NCBI GenBank assembly: GCA_963762255.1
Contig: CAVXKA010000003.1
Coordinates: forward strand, 864,001 to 928,000
DNA: 64,000 nucleotides
Source: Candidatus Eiseniibacteriota bacterium
Lineage (GTDB): Bacteria > Eisenbacteria > RBG-16-71-46 > JABDJR01
Direction: 5' to 3'
Shown here: piece after piece, positions 61,662-64,000 of the stretch
Numbering within the stretch: the first letter of the stretch is position 1
Layout: every line of letters starts with the position of its first letter
Translations under genes and position numbers: made by a program
The notes under the pieces: generated by a model
The model's database searches: none
Told to the model about the DNA's origin: nothing
What the model saw: the letters and a program-made list of their open reading frames with translations, nothing else

Positions 61662-62533
61662 GCGTCTACATCGAGCGCTACACGGTGAACCGCTCGGAGG
61701 AGATGGAAGCGCTCATGCGCTTCGGATGGGAGGCGCAGCGCCTCGGCCATCACATGGAGTTCCTCTTCCGGACGGACGTCTACAAGATCCCCCAGTTCGA
61801 CGGGCTCTTCATCCGTGCGCTCACCGATCCACTGAACTCCTCGTTCGTGGCGTCGCGCACCGCGGAGCTGCACGGGCTGCGCGTGATCGACGACTCCCTC
61901 TCGATCCTCATCTGCTGCGACAAGATCAACATGTACCGGCATCTGATCCAGGCCAAGGTGCCGCTGCCGGACACCGTGTTCCTGCGCGAGGCCGATGTGA
62001 CGCAGGCCAAGGGCGAGGAGCTGCTGGATACGCTGGGCTCCCCGCTCGTGCTCAAGGCGCCCAACTCCTCGTTCTCGCTCTACGTGGACCGGGTGAGCCG
62101 CCCCAGGGATTTCGTGAAGACGGGAAAGCGCTACTTGCGCCGCGCCGACCGTATCCTCGCCCAGCGCTTCGTCGCCTCCGAGTTCGACTGGCGCGTGGGC
62201 ATTCTCGCCGGGGAAGTCCTCTATGTATGCCAGTACGGCATTCCCAAGCGCCGCTGGAAAATCATGACCTACACCGAGAGCGGCCGTGTGATTTCCGGTC
62301 CGGTGCGGGCGATGACTCCCGCCGAGGTGAGCCCGGCGCTGCTCGACACCGCGCGCGCGGCCGCGGCCGCGATCGGCAAGGGGCTCTACGGTATCGACAT
62401 CAAGCAGAGCGGCGACGCCTTCAGCGTGATCGAGGTGAACGACAATCCCACCATTGCGGTGGGAGAAGAGGACAAGGCCGCCCCGGATCTCTACGAGCGA
62501 ATCGTCCGCTACCTGGCCGGCGAGTGGGGATAG
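61649..62533 (+). CDS. RimK-family ATP-grasp ligase
   Basis: FDGLFIR, ICCDKIN, VLKAPNSSFS, FDWRVGIL, GLYGIDIK, IEVNDNP. Confidence 0.9.
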   Translation: MARIGVYIERYTVNRSEEMEALMRFGWEAQRLGHHMEFLFRTDVYKIPQFDGLFIRALTDPLNSSFVASRTAELHGLRVIDDSLSILICCDKINMYRHLIQAKVPLPDTVFLREADVTQAKGEELLDTLGSPLVLKAPNSSFSLYVDRVSRPRDFVKTGKRYLRRADRILAQRFVASEFDWRVGILAGEVLYVCQYGIPKRRWKIMTYTESGRVISGPVRAMTPAEVSPALLDTARAAAAAIGKGLYGIDIKQSGDAFSVIEVNDNPTIAVGEEDKAAPDLYERIVRYLAGEWG

Positions 62534-62537
62534 GGTC

Positions 62538-63635
62538 ATGACGATTCGCGTGCGGCGCGCCACGGAGAACGACGTCGACGCGCTCGTGCGTCTGGAGGAG
62601 GTGTTCCCCAGCGACCGGTTCGACGCCAAGCACATCCGGTACCACATGGGGCGGTCGGACTCCACGGTGTTCGTGCTCGACGACGACGGCGCGATTGCGG
62701 GTTCGGCCTTCGTGCTCTGGCGGCGCAACATGGGTCTGGCGCGCCTCTACTCCATCGCCGTCGATCCTTCCCGGCAGGGCGGCGGACTCGGGGCCATACT
62801 CCTCGACGCGGCGGAGAGGGCGGCGCAGCGAAGAGGCCTCGGGGGGATGATCCTCGAAGTGCGCGAGGACAACCTGAGCGCCAGGCAGTTCTACGAGAAC
62901 CGCGGCTACCGGGTGACGGCAAAGCTCTCCCGCTACTACGAGGACGACGCCCCCGGGGTGCGCATGGCCAAGCGACTTCTGGAGGAGTCGATCCCGGACG
63001 TGCGCCTGGAGGTGCCCTACTACGGCCAGACCCAGGAGTTCACCTGCGGCCCCGCCTGCCTGATGATGGCGATGAAGCGCGCCGACCCGGGGCTCGCCCT
63101 GACCCGCACCCTCGAGTTCATGTTGTGGAAGGAAGCGACGCTCATCTTCATGACGTCGGGTGTCGGGGGGTGCGGGCCGATGGGGCTCTCGGTCGCGGCG
63201 CGCCGGCGCGGCTTTCACGTGGAGGCCGCGGTGAGCAGCCGCCGGGTCCCGTTCCTCTCCTCGGTCCGCGCTCGCGAGAAGAAGGAAGTGATCACGCTAG
63301 TCCATCACGAACTGCGACGTGAGGCGATCGAGCTCGGAGTCGAGGTGGATACCTTCGGCTTCGGCCTCCCCACCCTCAGCAATGGAATGCGCCGCGGTTT
63401 GGTGCCGATCGTGCTCATCAGCACGTTCCGCCTCCACAAGATCCGGTCGCCGCACTGGGTGGTGGTGACCGGTCTCGACCGCGAGCGCGTGACGATCCAC
63501 GATCCCTACGAGGCGTTCTACGTCCACGACAGCCGCAAGGGGCGCGACGTCGTGGTGACGCGCGACGAGTTCGTGCGCATGACCTCGTTCGGGGCGGGCG
63601 GGTTCCGAGCGGTGGTGATGGTGGGGGCGGGGTGA
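62538..63635 (+). CDS. GNAT acetyltransferase fused to peptidase C39-like domain
   Basis: LYSIAVDP..QGGGLG, LEVREDN..A..FY; PYYGQTQEFTCGPACL, LWKEATLIFMTSG, PHWVVVTG, IHDP. Confidence 0.9.
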   Translation: MTIRVRRATENDVDALVRLEEVFPSDRFDAKHIRYHMGRSDSTVFVLDDDGAIAGSAFVLWRRNMGLARLYSIAVDPSRQGGGLGAILLDAAERAAQRRGLGGMILEVREDNLSARQFYENRGYRVTAKLSRYYEDDAPGVRMAKRLLEESIPDVRLEVPYYGQTQEFTCGPACLMMAMKRADPGLALTRTLEFMLWKEATLIFMTSGVGGCGPMGLSVAARRRGFHVEAAVSSRRVPFLSSVRAREKKEVITLVHHELRREAIELGVEVDTFGFGLPTLSNGMRRGLVPIVLISTFRLHKIRSPHWVVVTGLDRERVTIHDPYEAFYVHDSRKGRDVVVTRDEFVRMTSFGAGGFRAVVMVGAG

Positions 63636-63751
63636 TTTGCCGGGTGGAATTCTGACTGCCAACTCGAGGACGGAAGTGCTTGTCCTGCTAGGCCTCAAAC
63701 CCGCGACGGCCACCTTGGCGGAGCGGAACGCCTACTCTGGCTGCGTTCGAC

Positions 63752-64000
63752 TCAATCCAGCACCACGAACTTTCTCGTCTCGTCGATGCCGGGACCGGTG
63801 AGGCGGTAGAGGTAGATGCCTGAGGGCATTTCACCGCGCTCCAGGGTGATGGCGTTCTCCCCTTCGTGAATCTCGATCTGATCCGCTTGGCGAACAAGCC
63901 GACCCCCGACCGAAAACACCGCTAGCCGACCCATTCCATGCGCAGATGAAGCGAACCCGATGCGTGTGCTCCTGGAGAATGGATTCGGGCTGCTCTGAAG
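63752..64000 (-). CDS. C-terminus of a protein with T9SS type A / FlgD-Ig-like sorting domain (partial)
   Basis: Manual translation LQSSPNPFSRSTRIGF...VFSVGGRLVR...MPSGIYLYRL...ETRKFVVLD-stop. Confidence 0.82.
   Translation of the reverse strand, partial: LQSSPNPFSRSTRIGFASSAHGMGRLAVFSVGGRLVRQADQIEIHEGENAITLERGEMPSGIYLYRLTGPGIDETRKFVVLD

Overview
High-GC, gene-dense bacterial DNA with about 47 CDS; I found no rRNA, tRNA, CRISPR array or mobile element. A T9SS-type C-terminal domain and recurring C-terminal TWGxxKxxY tails suggest an FCB-related lineage such as Ca. Eisenbacteria, Krumholzibacteriota or Latescibacterota (inference only). The main feature is a tightly packed five-gene operon at 7891-20014, downstream of a consensus sigma-54 promoter and a structured ~465-nt leader, and divergent from a sigma-54 activator/histidine kinase pair. 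It encodes a cytochrome-b-like inner-membrane protein, a membrane-anchored 2x[4Fe-4S]/FAD/NAD(P)H oxidoreductase, a 23-heme cytochrome c, a giant cytochrome c (~2030 aa, ~82 CxxCH by manual count, mostly 23 tandem 73-aa three-heme modules) and a probable outer-membrane beta-barrel. Together these look like a cytoplasm-to-exterior electron conduit. About 11.4-24.1 kb contains many single-base indels, probably long-read consensus errors, so several genes there were reconstructed by hand across frames. The rest is mixed housekeeping and envelope genes: MacAB-type ABC exporter, B12 radical SAM, ECF sigma/anti-sigma, cysK/cysE, glycosyltransferases, Omp85 protein, peptidases, transporters, a kinase-STAND-TPR protein and an RLAN/ATP-grasp/GNAT-C39 module.
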